A stretch of DNA of 64,000 nucleotides from assembly GCA_964106645.2 (NCBI GenBank), contig OZ067039.1; one strand, given 5' to 3'. The translations under genes were made by a program, and so were the position numbers. Shown here piece after piece: positions 1-12,700 of this stretch. The stretch's first letter is position 1. Each line of letters starts with the position of its first letter. Below the pieces are notes generated by a model. It was not told where the DNA came from. It did not search any database and was given only the letters and a program-made list of their open reading frames with translations. The DNA comes from Podarcis pityusensis (lineage: Eukaryota).

Positions 1-688
1 AAGTGGAAATTGCAAATTTAAATTACAAATTACTATTTAAGAGGGGAATGATACTTTCAGGAGTAAGACATTTTGAGATCAGTCTTGATAAAGGGAATGA
101 AGAACCTCAGGATCTAGGAAATTTATAAATGTTGAAGGCCCATGATTTCTGGGAATGAGAAATCTAATTAGATTGTAAAAAAAGATTAAAACTGGAGCCA
201 CTGGAGTACAGTACTAATTACTGCTGTCTCATCTTTGCGTAACACAACAGTGTAACAGACCATGCTGAGCTGCAAGGACTTGACTGAGCATTTTGTTTTG
301 ACTCTGCAGTAAAAAGTAACTTTCGATTCTGCGGCTTTATTTTACTGTCTAGCTGAAATGTTTTTTAGACAAACACACTTTTTAAGAAAAATTTTCATGA
401 GCAAAACCCTGAGCATCCCCTCTAATGCATGTAGAATAATGAGTTTAGTTTTAAACCATCTCTTACGTTCATATATGACACTAAATTTAAACTACAATGG
501 ACTTTTAAAAGTATTCATTAATGTAGTGATAAATCAACATGAAAACAGTGCTCTGCGCTTAATGATTTACATTGAACCAGCTTATGAAAATTATAATCAA
601 ACTATCTAATTTGTCTATGTATCATCACAGTGTAATATAAATTGTTGCTTCTTTTGAGGAGGTCTTCTATTGCCTTATATGACTATAC

Positions 689-938
689 CAGGGGTCAGCA
701 ACCTTTTTCAGCCGTGGGCCGGTCCACCATCACTCAGACTATGTGGGGGCCAGACTATATTTTGAAAAATAATAATGAACAAATTCCTATGCCTCACAAA
801 TAAACCAGAGATGCATTTTAAATAAAAGCACACATTCTACTCATGTAAAAACACTCTGATTCCTGGACCATCCGCGGGCCGGATTGAGAAGGCGATTGGG
901 CTGTATCCGGCCCCTGGGCGTTAGGTTGCCTACCCCTG
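689..938. mobile_element. hAT-type MITE
   Basis: TIRs CAGGGGTCAGCAACCT / AGGTTGCCTACCCCTG; perfect 8-bp TSD GACTATAC (681-688, 939-946). Confidence 0.88.
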
Positions 939-3900
939 GACTATACCTTACAGAGCGCTTATTAACTCCATTTTATTATGTGAAATCTGCTGTGCAGATA
1001 GGCCAGGTAATTTGCACAAAGTCGTAAGTCTGGTAGGCTTTGAATTTGACCTCAGCTCTATGTCTGCACTGCTCAGTACTTCCAATAAATCTTTCCTCAT
1101 CACTTGATTTTAAGACTCTTTATTGATTAATCAGGTTCACTTTACAGCTTTCATGAAATATAATCTATCTAAGTGTTAACACCACGCCTCACTATCTTCT
1201 GCTATCAATTTCCTTTTAAAAAGAGGAATATTTGGCTATGGTGTCTAGTAGTTTGAACACCCACTATATTTTGTGGGACTGCGGTACAGCAGAATAAGGG
1301 ATATTCATTTAGTTAGCTGGCCTGGACAACAAATCTGGTACCTTGCCTGGGGATCTACAAATTGTGTTGCAAACTTTTGTTGTTCCACCATGTGGTGAAG
1401 TAGTGAATTGTTGCCTTAAATGTTTCTTTGTTGGAATCATCCTGAAATTGCAGACTTTAAAGAAACTCACTTGATAAATTAAGAAAAACATTATGTTCCT
1501 GATGGAGGCAAGGAGACAGTGCAGAAAAAGGCATGAATGCCGTTACGGTGTTCATTTGTTTTTCTGTTGTTGCTTTTTGGAAAAGTAACCCAGGTTATTT
1601 CAAATACTCTTTTTCTTTTCTTTTGTTTTGTTTTAAACTTGCACAGTGAAAACCTTGATCTAGGAAAGCATTCATTATTGTTTGAAGGGGCGGGGGATTC
1701 TGCTGCTTGTTATGTTCATTATCTTCCTCTGAAAGCTAGTCTTTCTTGCTTAACTTCAGAGGAATTCTCACTGATCTTGAAGCAGAAAACGGCAATTAAG
1801 TTAGTTATTTCTTTCCCTCACTCACTCACTCGCATCCCCTTGGGAAGCAACCTGTAAAGAAAAGAAGAAAGGGGGAAAGAAAGCTTGATCTGGTGTTTTT
1901 AATATAAAGTGGGGTGGGGTGGAAGGGAAGTCATGGTTCTTCAAACTTTATGCTGGCTTTGTGGTCTTAAAAGACATCAGTTGGCCATAGTGCCTTAGTT
2001 TCTCAAACTGTCAGAAGCGTAAAATGCTAATGATAACATTAACTACAAATATTTCATCAATCACGAAAACCTCCCTGTTTTTATCTGCCTTTGAGGCATT
2101 GTTTATCACAACTCTGGCTACAATTGAAAGGTTATGCATGTTATTTGAAGATTGTTCCAGTGTGGTGGCTCCTGTGTCGTTTTTTGTAGCAGCTCAAAGC
2201 TTAATTACTGGCTACATTTTTCCACACTGCAAAAACGGCTTACCACATAGAGTAATTTATAGATGCTTACATATGGTGATTGTAATGATATGCGCTGGAC
2301 ATGGGTACATAACAGAGGGACTTAAGTAGCGTGTCCTGAAAGCGTGCCTCCCCACAAAGAAACATTATGTGAATGGTTAACTGCAAAGCTGTAATATTGT
2401 AATCTTTGCCCTTAACAAAGAGCAGGATTCACCTAACAGACATATCAGTCTGTACGATGACTTCTGCTTGCACAATGGGGCTTCCCCCTCTTCCCCCCCC
2501 CCCGTGCCCCCCTGAATTTTGGGGTTGGGAGAGCCCTCAGAACAGCAAGGGGGAGGGCTGACCATGCCACCTGGCAAGTTGATATGCTTGGGCAGACAGA
2601 ACATCAAATAAATGGCAGCTTGAATTCCACCTAAAAACTGCAAGTAGTTTAAAGAATAATGCTGGGATTTAGTGATTTCGAAGTCAAATTACCCAATTTT
2701 CTCCATGAAAATGTGAAAATGGGGCACTTGATAACGGAGGGACTGCTTGATGTTATCTTTCACGCAGCTCTCTCAGTTGTCAAGTGTCAGATTCCTTGGT
2801 TTGGGAGCAAAATGTGAGTGTGCAATAGAGGGTATTTTTCCCATCTTAGTACTGCACATTTCCAAAGCCACCAAGAGGCCTCTCTTTGCCTTTAACCACC
2901 CTGAAAAATCTAGTATAAAACAAATACTATGACTTGTAACAACTGCCTACTGAAAATGAAAGCTTATGTAACCATTGCATAATACAAAATACCTCCCCCC
3001 TCACAATTCGGTCTCCTTCCTTCAGACCCTGAATATTAGTTGATCTAGAGAAATAATAATAGCATCTGCACTAATGCAGCAAAGGAGGCATCTACAACAT
3101 GTGGCTACAGGAGCCAGAATGTTTCTAGTTTAGGTGCACTATTTTAGCACTTGGAACAAATACTCTATTTGTAGAGGGTAGTAAGCCCCAACTTGAATGC
3201 TTGTGACTTCTAATATGAGAGAAGTTGGAAAGTGCTTCAGGCAAAACAGGTCCTTTCATAGCACTTTGCTCTTTGGGGGGATGGGGGAATTAGCCCGGGT
3301 AATTGGAAAACTACCTAACAGCCAGAAAGTACAGTTTCTTATTCTTCCTGTGTATCTGATGAAAGTAATCACTTGTTGAAATTCCCTAGCAGAGAAGGCC
3401 TTGAAAAATATTCTAGGTCACTGTGACCCTATCTCTGTTAGTAGAGGTGTGAGATGACTGAAGCAGAAATGTCAGTTTGCAAATTAATTGCTATAAATTT
3501 GAAAGTGGAAATTTCCAGACTTCTGGTATTTAACTGATGACTTAATTACCCAATTCAGACATGTATGTGTGACAGGGTTTTGTTTTTTTTTAGGGGGGGG
3601 GGAGAGCTTAGATTTTAGATAGTAGTAGGAAAGGTCGTAGTGTTTTTGTTTCTTTTAGTAGGGTAGCAGAATAATGTCGTTCTCCCCCCCCCCCCCATTT
3701 ATCTCTCTCCTGCCACATGTGGCTTTCAGATCGCTTTGCAGACAAGTAATTAACCACACTGCATTCAATAATATCCCGGAATGTTTGTGCTGTGGCTGAG
3801 AATAAAAATTAGTTTTGCAGATTGTTAAACATGTTTCCTACTGCTGAGTCAAAAAGGTGTAGTGCTGGCTAAAAACGATGAGGATAATGTTCTCTTCTGT

Positions 3901-4490
3901 TGCCCTGGTCCATATTGTGTATATATGATTAACACTTAGTAAGATCAGCTACCTGGTTTCTTCTTTTGTTTTGTGAGTGTTGTTATTTAGAGACACGTTC
4001 ATAAAAGCTTATATAAGTGCTCTTTAGTGTTTATGTAATTCAGGCCTCTTTACAGCAGCGAGGCCAGAATAAGAGCTCGTGAGTATTTGGTGCCTTCGTT
4101 GGCTTGCATAATCTTGGAGTTAGAAGATAAATTGCCTGTCACTGAGGTTGGCCTTTAGATGTTCCAGATTTTCTGAGTGTATGCTGCTGCTGCTGCTGCT
4201 TTTTAAATGTGGGCTTCTTGCATTTTTTTTGTGTTGCCTCTTCCCCCACCATCTTACTTTAGCTATTATTTCCCCTTGGATTCATTCTTGGCTAAGTCTT
4301 GAAAAATGCACATGCTGCTCTTCCGTGAAGGAATCAGAGTCATAAAAAGTAGCATTAGCAGACAATGTCTCTGACAGTTGTGGAAGCAAGTGGAAGTCTG
4401 ACAAGAGTGAGAATGAAAATGAGAAGACAATCATTGGCAAAAAGGAAACGAAGTGACAGTGAGATGATAAGTGTAGGCAAAAGCAGTGTA

Positions 4491-4708
4491 CAGTGGTACC
4501 TCAGGTTAAGAACTTAATTCGTTCTGGAGGTCCGTTCTTAACCTGAAACTGTTCTTAACCTGAGGTACCACTTTAGCTAATGGGGCCTCCTGCTGCTGCT
4601 GCCCAGCGATTTCTGTTCTCATCCTGAAGCAAAGTTCTTAACCCGAGGTACTATTTCTGGGTTAGTGGCATCTGTAACCTGAAGCGTCTGTAACCCGAGG
4701 CACCACTG
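4491..4708. mobile_element. Tc1/mariner-type MITE, family A
   Basis: TA|CAGTGGTACCTC...GAGGCACCACTG|TA; same family at 7366, 55915, 59422. Confidence 0.88.
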
Positions 4709-7365
4709 TACTCGTTCTGAATCCTAGAACTCCTTTTCTGTATGAGGGGTTGTTGAGGATGGTGCTCTGATTCCATGTACAGAGGAGTAATACATCTATC
4801 TGGGTCCTATTGCCTTCTATGATACTCAGAAAGAGTAGCTCTGTCAGTGCATTTGGACTTTGTAGGTGTGTCATCTTATGTAATCATTATGTAATTAGGT
4901 CTTTGTTAGGCCTTTCCAGAGTGGGAGGGACCTAAAGCTACTGAACTGCCAGAAGGCTTGAGACTGCTCTTTAATTAGCTGGCTTGATAAAAGCTTCAGA
5001 GGTTTTCAGACTTGGCACTTCTAAGGTCTGGCACAGGGACGTCTCCCTTCCCATCCTTAGTGAGAGCTGAATTTATCTGATTATTTTGTTTGTGCAGATA
5101 GAACCTACAAGAGTCACACTTGCGTTGTTTTCACATCTTTGGTCAGTAGTGAATTGGGTTTCTCTTTTCTTCTTGTTTTTGCAAAGAATTTCTCACTGGA
5201 GCAATTCAAGTTCTCCTAATTTCTAATCTGCATTTTGTTCGATACAGAGATTTTCATACATTTGCATATTGCCGGAGATGTTGTAGGAAATGCATTTTTC
5301 TCCTTCTGGTAACCCCCAACTTCTTCATTTAATGGTGCAGAGCAATTTTCCTCTGATGGCAGCTTCTTTAAACTTAGGGTTCTCAACAGTGAGGTGAGCA
5401 GCTTCTAGGGAAAGTTCCTTCCACTTCCTGCACACATTTTTATTTTTTGGTTGTGCAGGAGGTTAGAATGCCTTATCTCAGTTGGTGTAATACAGACAAC
5501 AAAATACCTCTCTATTTGTGCTAATAAATATTCTAAATTCTATGTTTGGGGCCTGATTCCTCTCACTGTGGAATCCCACACTTGATTGTCTTAAAATGCA
5601 TGCCATGGTTGCCTCTGCTTTTGCCACTCCTCTTTTTCACTAATTCATATTGGGACACACGTCTGAGTCAGGAGTTGAGTTATTATTGATCCCTGTTTAA
5701 GACATAGTATGTTACTACCCCTTATGTGTGTCCATCCAGTACCTTAGGCACTGTGACATTTTGGGGCTGCTGTTTTAAAATAGCTAATGGTATTATAGCC
5801 AAAGTGGACTGTGTGAACCATAGACAAGAAATCTGTTACACTCAGTGCTCTACCAGCCTAATTTTTTTTTGTTGGTATGGATGTGGACAGGAATGTTTTT
5901 CAAGTGAGATATTTAAAGCAGTACTGGAGGGTTAGAAAAGAAGTTGAAAACTCTTTGCAGTTTGAGCTGTTGGCTGTGAAATTCGTCTCAGGGTGCCCCT
6001 GCCAACTGAAGTATGGCAGGTGGATACCAGAGACCTTTTCAACAGCGTCCTCCCAGATATGGAATGACCTCCCCAGAGCATCTTTCCTAGTGCCTGCATA
6101 ATGGACTTTTCAGCAGGACATGAAGCCCCTTAAAAAATTTCCCAGGCATTTTAATAGGCTTGGCTTTTTTCTTTAGCTCTCATATGTTTTGCTTTTTGCT
6201 AGATTTAGTTAGATTTGTACTGAGCCTGGCTTTATTCTGTTTATTGTTAGTGCAAGTTTTTATTTATTTTTAAATGGTTTTTAACTTTTCTTGTTAACCT
6301 CCCAGAGGGTGTGGTTGATTAGGTCTTATACAAGTGATGTAAATAAATAATAAACAAATTTTGAGTTGCAGAGGATTCTGAGACACACTCCAGAGCAGGG
6401 GTGGCAACCTCTGGTCCATGAGGCCAGGCATAGGTCACCGTTTGGCTGACAGTGCCATTTTCCCTAAACCACAACCATCCACCCCCACACCTGATGGAAG
6501 GGCAAGTAAGGATATGGCTACAAAGGAACCACTGGGAGCTTGAAGTTGGTTCCCAATTTTTCCTTTGCAAGTGGGACTCACTGACAGTGCTTTCATTGAT
6601 AGAGTCTAGAGCATACCTGGAGTTCACCTGGCACTCTTGGCTTGACCAACCAATGTGCTGCAGGAGGGGCTAGTATTACATGGTTTGGCCTATACAATAG
6701 AATGTAGTAGTAAAATGTAGTATAATGTAGGCTGTGCCACTTTAAACTACAGTCAGCACTATGTTTAAATGTTCTTCAATATAAAGAACTCCTTAGAAGC
6801 AGAAAACAATTCTCTCTGCCTTCAAGCTTGCATATAGCAGTGAGAGAAATGGCCCATTTCTTGCTGTTCTAGTTGCAGGGAGCTTTGTGTTATTTATTCT
6901 GTTTACCTTGAGAAGCTATTTTTAAAAAAAATGATTTCCCTGTGCCTGCAATCTGAAGTAGCATTCTGTCATTTCATTCTTCTGGACGTCTGAACCAACC
7001 CTTACCCAGGACCTGTTTTTAGGCATAAAGCTAAGTAGTTAAAGATGCACATATGCATCTGACATGTTGTATCTGATCCACTGTCAGGTAGAAGTTGCTT
7101 TTGCCCTAATAAGCATTCACCCCAGAGAGGGGGAAATGATGGAAAAGCAGTATATTGGAAAGGACAAAATGATGGGAGATCTAAGTTGGAAAGTTTTGAA
7201 GTTTTGAAGTTTGTGTGTGTGTAGAAGTTGTGGCTGCCCATTGGTTAGGTTAATATCACAGAAGGCAATTGCTCCCTCATCCCACTCCAGGTGAACAGGA
7301 AATTGGTAGACCATGGGTAGCGGGGTTGCACAGAAGAGAAGAGATGTGCATGTGAGAAGTAGGTA

Positions 7366-7583
7366 CAGTGGTACCTTGGGTTACAAACGCTTCAGGTTAC
7401 AGACCCCGCTAACCCAGAAATAGTACATTGGGTTAAGAACTTTGCTTCAGGGTGAGAACAGAAATTGTGTGGTGGTGGCAGCGGGAGGCCCCATTAGCTA
7501 AAGTGGTACTTCAGGTTAAGAACAGTTTCAGGTTAAGAACGGACCTCCAGAACGAATTAAGTACTTAACCCGAGGTACCACTG
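7366..7583. mobile_element. Tc1/mariner-type MITE, family A (opposite orientation to 4491)
   Basis: TA|CAGTGGTACC...GGTACCACTG|TA; interior is the reverse complement of the 4491 copy. Confidence 0.88.
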
Positions 7584-8227
7584 TATAGCCTTTTGTTTTT
7601 TATTGTTATTATTTTATCACGGTCGGGAGAAGGGATCAGAACTACCAAGACAAATATTCTACTGGGTCCCAGGGTTTTATCTATTTCTGATTTCTGAAAA
7701 TACTCATTAAATAAAATATGTGAAGGGAATGTGTGTTAGCTGTAGCTGTCTGCTTCTAATATTGGATTCTTCAGCCCTTCAGAATTCTGCATGAACTATG
7801 GCTTTGTTTTTGACTCTGGGGAAGTCATTGGTTTAATGACTCATCCTGCAGAATATGGTCATGTGTGCTGCTATTGCTGCTTCCTGTTGCCCTATTTTAT
7901 CCAATCTTTTGATCTAGTTATATAATTGTGAATGAAAGGGAAAAGCCATGGGTGTAAAATCACTTTGTATAATATTACCATACTTTTTGACTTAATATTC
8001 CAGAGAAATGTTATTTAACATGGGTAGCAGAGTTCTAGTCTGATAACTTCCAAGAAATTAGACTCTCTTCCCAGTACTGGGATTCCTTGGGGTAAATGAG
8101 TGCAATCTGTGGGCTTGTTTGTTGTGACATTTCTGTTGCCGCATGCTTCCCTAAAGGCGGTGTCTGTACTAGAAAATGTATCAAGTTCAAGGAATGACCT
8201 AGCTTTTGCTTCCTCTGTATGTGTTTC

Positions 8228-8228
<1 letters not shown>

Positions 8229-8280
<52 letters not shown>

Positions 8281-8306
8281 GAGAGGAGAGGAGAGGAGAG
8301 GAGAGG
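8229..8306. repeat. Compound microsatellite (TG)n(AG)n(GGAGA)n
   Basis: Seen directly. Confidence 0.9.
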
Positions 8307-9521
8307 TCAGGTTTGGTTCAGCTGCACTTGTTCCTTGTAGGAATGTAAAATTATAGAGCAAATAGGTGCTGTTTGCACTTCATTTAAAATGCTTTGCCAT
8401 GATATGAAGGGGTTCTGAGTCCTTAGGTACGATCCAAGAGTCCAAAGCAACCAGCTTTTTGGCTTATGAAACAGATTTTCGGCATGCAGTGAGCCCTTGA
8501 CAAATGCAGCTCCACTTTGTCCTGCTATTTTAACACATGACAGTTGTCCACATGTGACCATTCAAATGTAACATTTATGGAAGTGGAGCTGCTTCCACAT
8601 AGTTTAAGGGTGAGGAACTTTTCTGCCCAGACCTTAGTCTCCCCAAACCCTGGCAGGCCCGAATTGGCAGGTGGGTGGTCAGTCACTTGATGTCATAGTG
8701 ACACCTGCTCCTTAAACGCACATTCTTTTGTGTGTTGACTTCCATGCTGCTTGTTAAACCTCTGAAAACTAGAGTGTTAAAGAGTAATGCAAGGCTGCTT
8801 GGAAAGGGGCTTTCAAGGGGCTGTTCTTTGAACCTCTGGTTCCATTCAGTGGAAACTGCTTCCTGTTCCTCTCTCCTATGGCCCATCAGCTGATGGATGG
8901 ATGGGAGCAAGCCTTGCTCCAGCAAAGGAACAAATTGGGAGCTCACTTTAACCTCTGATTGTTCCTTTGAAGTCCCGCCCTATTTATGCATCTGACACAT
9001 GATGTTGCGTGGCTTCCCAGAAATGGCTTAGCTTGACCCACAGACCAGAGGTTCCCCACTCCTGACATAGTCCAACTCCACACCATTCCAGCAGTATGTG
9101 TTTAGAAAATAAAGAAAAAGGAAGAAAAAAACCTCAGCAGGCAGGATATCATGGTTATTTAAGAGGTAACTGTGGCATAGTAATTACGTCAGTTCCCATG
9201 TGTAGTGTGTGTGTATTTATATACATACAAACAACAAACACACGCATAGGTACATATGTATCATTTTGCTCAAGTGGCATTGGACCATGTGGAAGCTGTC
9301 AGAAATGTCTAACCTATTGCCAGAACTCAATTTCTTATGTGAGTGAGGGTGTCTACAAAATAAGTTTGGAAACTTGGGGTTTTCAGCATCTTAAGGACTG
9401 ATAAAAATCAAGAAGTTACTTGACTTCTTGGTTTGAATTAGCACATGTGGAAGGAAAGAAAGAAAGAGAAAGAAAGAAAGAGTTGATTTTGTACAACTTA
9501 CTCTAACTTTCTTTGTTTCAG

Positions 9522-9720
9522 ACCAGTCCCATGAAGCGGTGTTTGGCAGTGATCATCTTCAACATGGTGAAGATGGGGAATGGCAACGCTCTACTTCAAC
9601 TACCTCATCTCAGAGTGAACAGGCAGAGAAACTGTTGCAGAATCAGCACAAGAGCCTGGCCTCTGAGGACACCAAAAAGAAGAGGGCTCAGAAACCTTCT
9701 CACATGAGGAGGAACATAAG
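9522..9720 (+). CDS. RAD54L2: RAD54L2 exon A (199 nt)
   Basis: tttcag|AC...ATAAG|gtgaaa; [12 protein letters not shown]...[15 protein letters not shown]. Confidence 0.93.
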
Positions 9721-12700
9721 GTGAAAAGCATTCTTAAAAAATGTGTACAGGATTCGAGTAATAATTAACTGATTGTCATTATCAGTGTTGTTTATTACTG
9801 TCCCTTGAACCCAATTTAGGATGGTGTGTTCAAGAGCTGTAGACATATTCTAAAATGGAAATGAAATGATACTACTGAAGGGGAAGATCGCAGGTTTGGT
9901 GGTTATTACAAGGAAAATATTGAAAGGAAAATTTAGAAGGCATATAGATAAAGTGATCATTGATGATCGATTCCTTGAGAATGTTCTTGCAGAATCCCAT
10001 GAAAGAGTGGCATAATCTGATGCTCTTTCCTTTGAACCAACAGCACTTTTGGAGCTTTAATTAGCATTACATGCTTTTAAAAATTATTTTGAGATCCTTT
10101 TTTTCCGGAAGGTGTGTTATCCACAGCAATATACAGTGGTACCTTGGTTCCCAAACTTAATCCGTTGGGAAGTCTTTTCCAAAACCAAAGCGTTCTAAAA
10201 CGAAGGTGTGCCTTTCCATAGAAAGTAATGCAAAATGGATTAATCCATTCCAGACTTTTAAAAACAACCCCTAAAACAGCAATTTAACATGAACTTTACT
10301 ATCTAACCATTGATCCATAAAATGAAAGCAATGATCAATGTACTGTACTATAAAATAAATAAGACAGTATTGTAGAGGATAAAAATTAAAATTATTATTT
10401 TTTCTTACACGCACTGATGATAGTCATTGTTTGGATGGGGGGGGGGGCTTTTATCCATTTCTGCAGTCCTACAATCAATCAGTAGCTGAACTGGGTTTCA
10501 AACAGTCACAAAAACAAGTCACAAGCCACAACTCACAAAGTTCACAAATCAGAACACCTACTTCCGGGTTTGCAGTGTTCTATTTCCAAGTTGTTCATAA
10601 ACTAAGCTGTTCTAAAACCAAGTGCCAATGTAATAATCTTGATAGTAGAGAGCATTAGGACTGTGGCCCATATCTGGTAATACCAAAATTTCCCTCTGCC
10701 TTTTCTTCTGGAATGACAAGCTCATAGATGAGTTACCAGGCCAGCAAAAGTATGTAGCTATATAGACCAATTACACCACATAGGTCCTAAGCTACTTCTC
10801 TCTGTTTTAGATAACTTTATTTATAGCAAAGGGATCTCCCCCCTCCCTGTTTAGCAGTGTGCCCCCTGTGAAGCCATGCCATACTTCAAATGTCAAACCA
10901 CTTGGGGTATTTATATTAGCCTTTTATTTTTAAAACAAAATGTTTTCTACCTCTTTGCAACTTGAAGACATGTGAATGTGACCCATTTCCTGTATATTCT
11001 AACTTGCATGCATACTTTGCTTCAAGACGCTGTAGTACAGCACATACTTACCAGCAACTTATTTCCCCCAACCTTTCAATTAAAACTTTCAGAATCAGAT
11101 ATATTAATCTCTTCAGTGCCAGCCCCTTCCTAGTATAAAATTAAACACTTGCCCTGCAGCTGTAAGCGAATTGTCTCTATTGAAATAGAGACACCTGTGG
11201 TGTTCTTGGGCCTTCCTGTAACTTTCCTTCTGAAAAAGCTGTGCACCAGTTGTTGTTTTTAATTCCAGTTGGCAAAACGAAGCTAACAGAAGCTGCATAG
11301 GGAAACTTTGTTTTGGAGTAATATGTTCTCTGTTTGTGCATTCAGGAAGCTACTGCGGGAGGACCAGTTGGAAGCTGTGACAAAAGCAGCCCAGCAGGAG
11401 GAGTTGGAAAGAAGGAAGCGACTTGAGCAGCAAAGGAAGGAGTATCAAGCCAGCATCCCCACAGTACCCTTAGAGTTTCTCCCAGGTAAACAGTGATGAT
11501 GGTGACTACTTCTGAACTAAAAACCTACCTGAGGACAAGTTCTATCGTCAGTCCTCCCCACAGGCTAAACTTGCTAAACTTCCAAAGAAGGCTTAGATAA
11601 ACTCTTTGCATTTATATCTCAACTTCCTTCCAAGGCAATTTCAGTGTGGCATACATGGTTTCTACCCCCCTCCCTTTACCCTCACCCTGTGAATATAGGC
11701 TTGGCTGGCCTTTGAACACCCATTGTGCTTGATGGCTGAATTTGAATCTAGGTCACCTTAGTCCTAGGGATGCGAGTGGCGCTGTGGTCTAAACCACTGA
11801 GCCTCTTGGGCTTGCCGATTGGAAGGTTGGCGGTTCGAATCACCGCTACGGGGTGAGCTCCTGTTGCTCCATCCCAGTTTCTGCCAACCTAGCAGTTTGA
11901 AACCATGCTAGTGCAAGTAGATAAATAGGTACCGCTGTGGCAGGAAGGTAAACAGCATTTCTGTGCTCTCTGGCTTCCATCACGGTGTTCCGTTGTGCCA
12001 GAAGCAGTTTCGTCATGCTGGCCACCTGACCCAGAAAGCTGTCTGTGGACCAGTACTGGCTTCCTCAGCCTTGACTCCATAGTCAAGTTTGACTGGACTT
12101 AACTGTCCAGGGGTCCTTTATCTTTTTACCTTTTTTACTTTGATATTTTAACCCCTGCACAAGTACTGTGGGAATGGCTGCAGTACATCATTCCTTGTGG
12201 TTTCTTAGTGTGGTTGTATACCTGTCAAATGTTATACAACTATTTTTCATGTTAAGTAAGGCTTACTGTTAATAAAAGATGGGCTCATTACCATCATCTT
12301 TAATGTAAGTGAATTTGTAATCTCTGTGGTCAAAGTAATGACCTGTGGTACCATCTAATGCAGAGCTATTCAGAGTGAGTTCAGGTTATGCTGAGAAGAA
12401 GGAAAGAGCGGTAAAGTAATTAACATTCTTCTTTGTTTACTACTTCTTAAGATTTTAGCAGTTGAAAGATAAGAGGCTTTTTATGCAATTGCCTGTTCTT
12501 GTTCTTAAATAATGGCTTAATGTTGTTTTTAAGGCCACAGTACTTTGCACACTTACCTGGGAGTAAGCACCGTAGAATATTTTGAGCAACCATACTTAGA
12601 ATTTTACCTTTTAAAAAAGGTTTTCTGGAATTGAATTGCAGAAAAACATTTTATTCAGTCTTTTTTTAAAAAAACAACAATATTAAGTGATCTACCTATA

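Noticed and set aside
4360-4475. Purine-rich stretch as the missing first RAD54L2 coding exon
   Set aside because: No match to the acidic MSDES-type N-terminus and no suitable donor.
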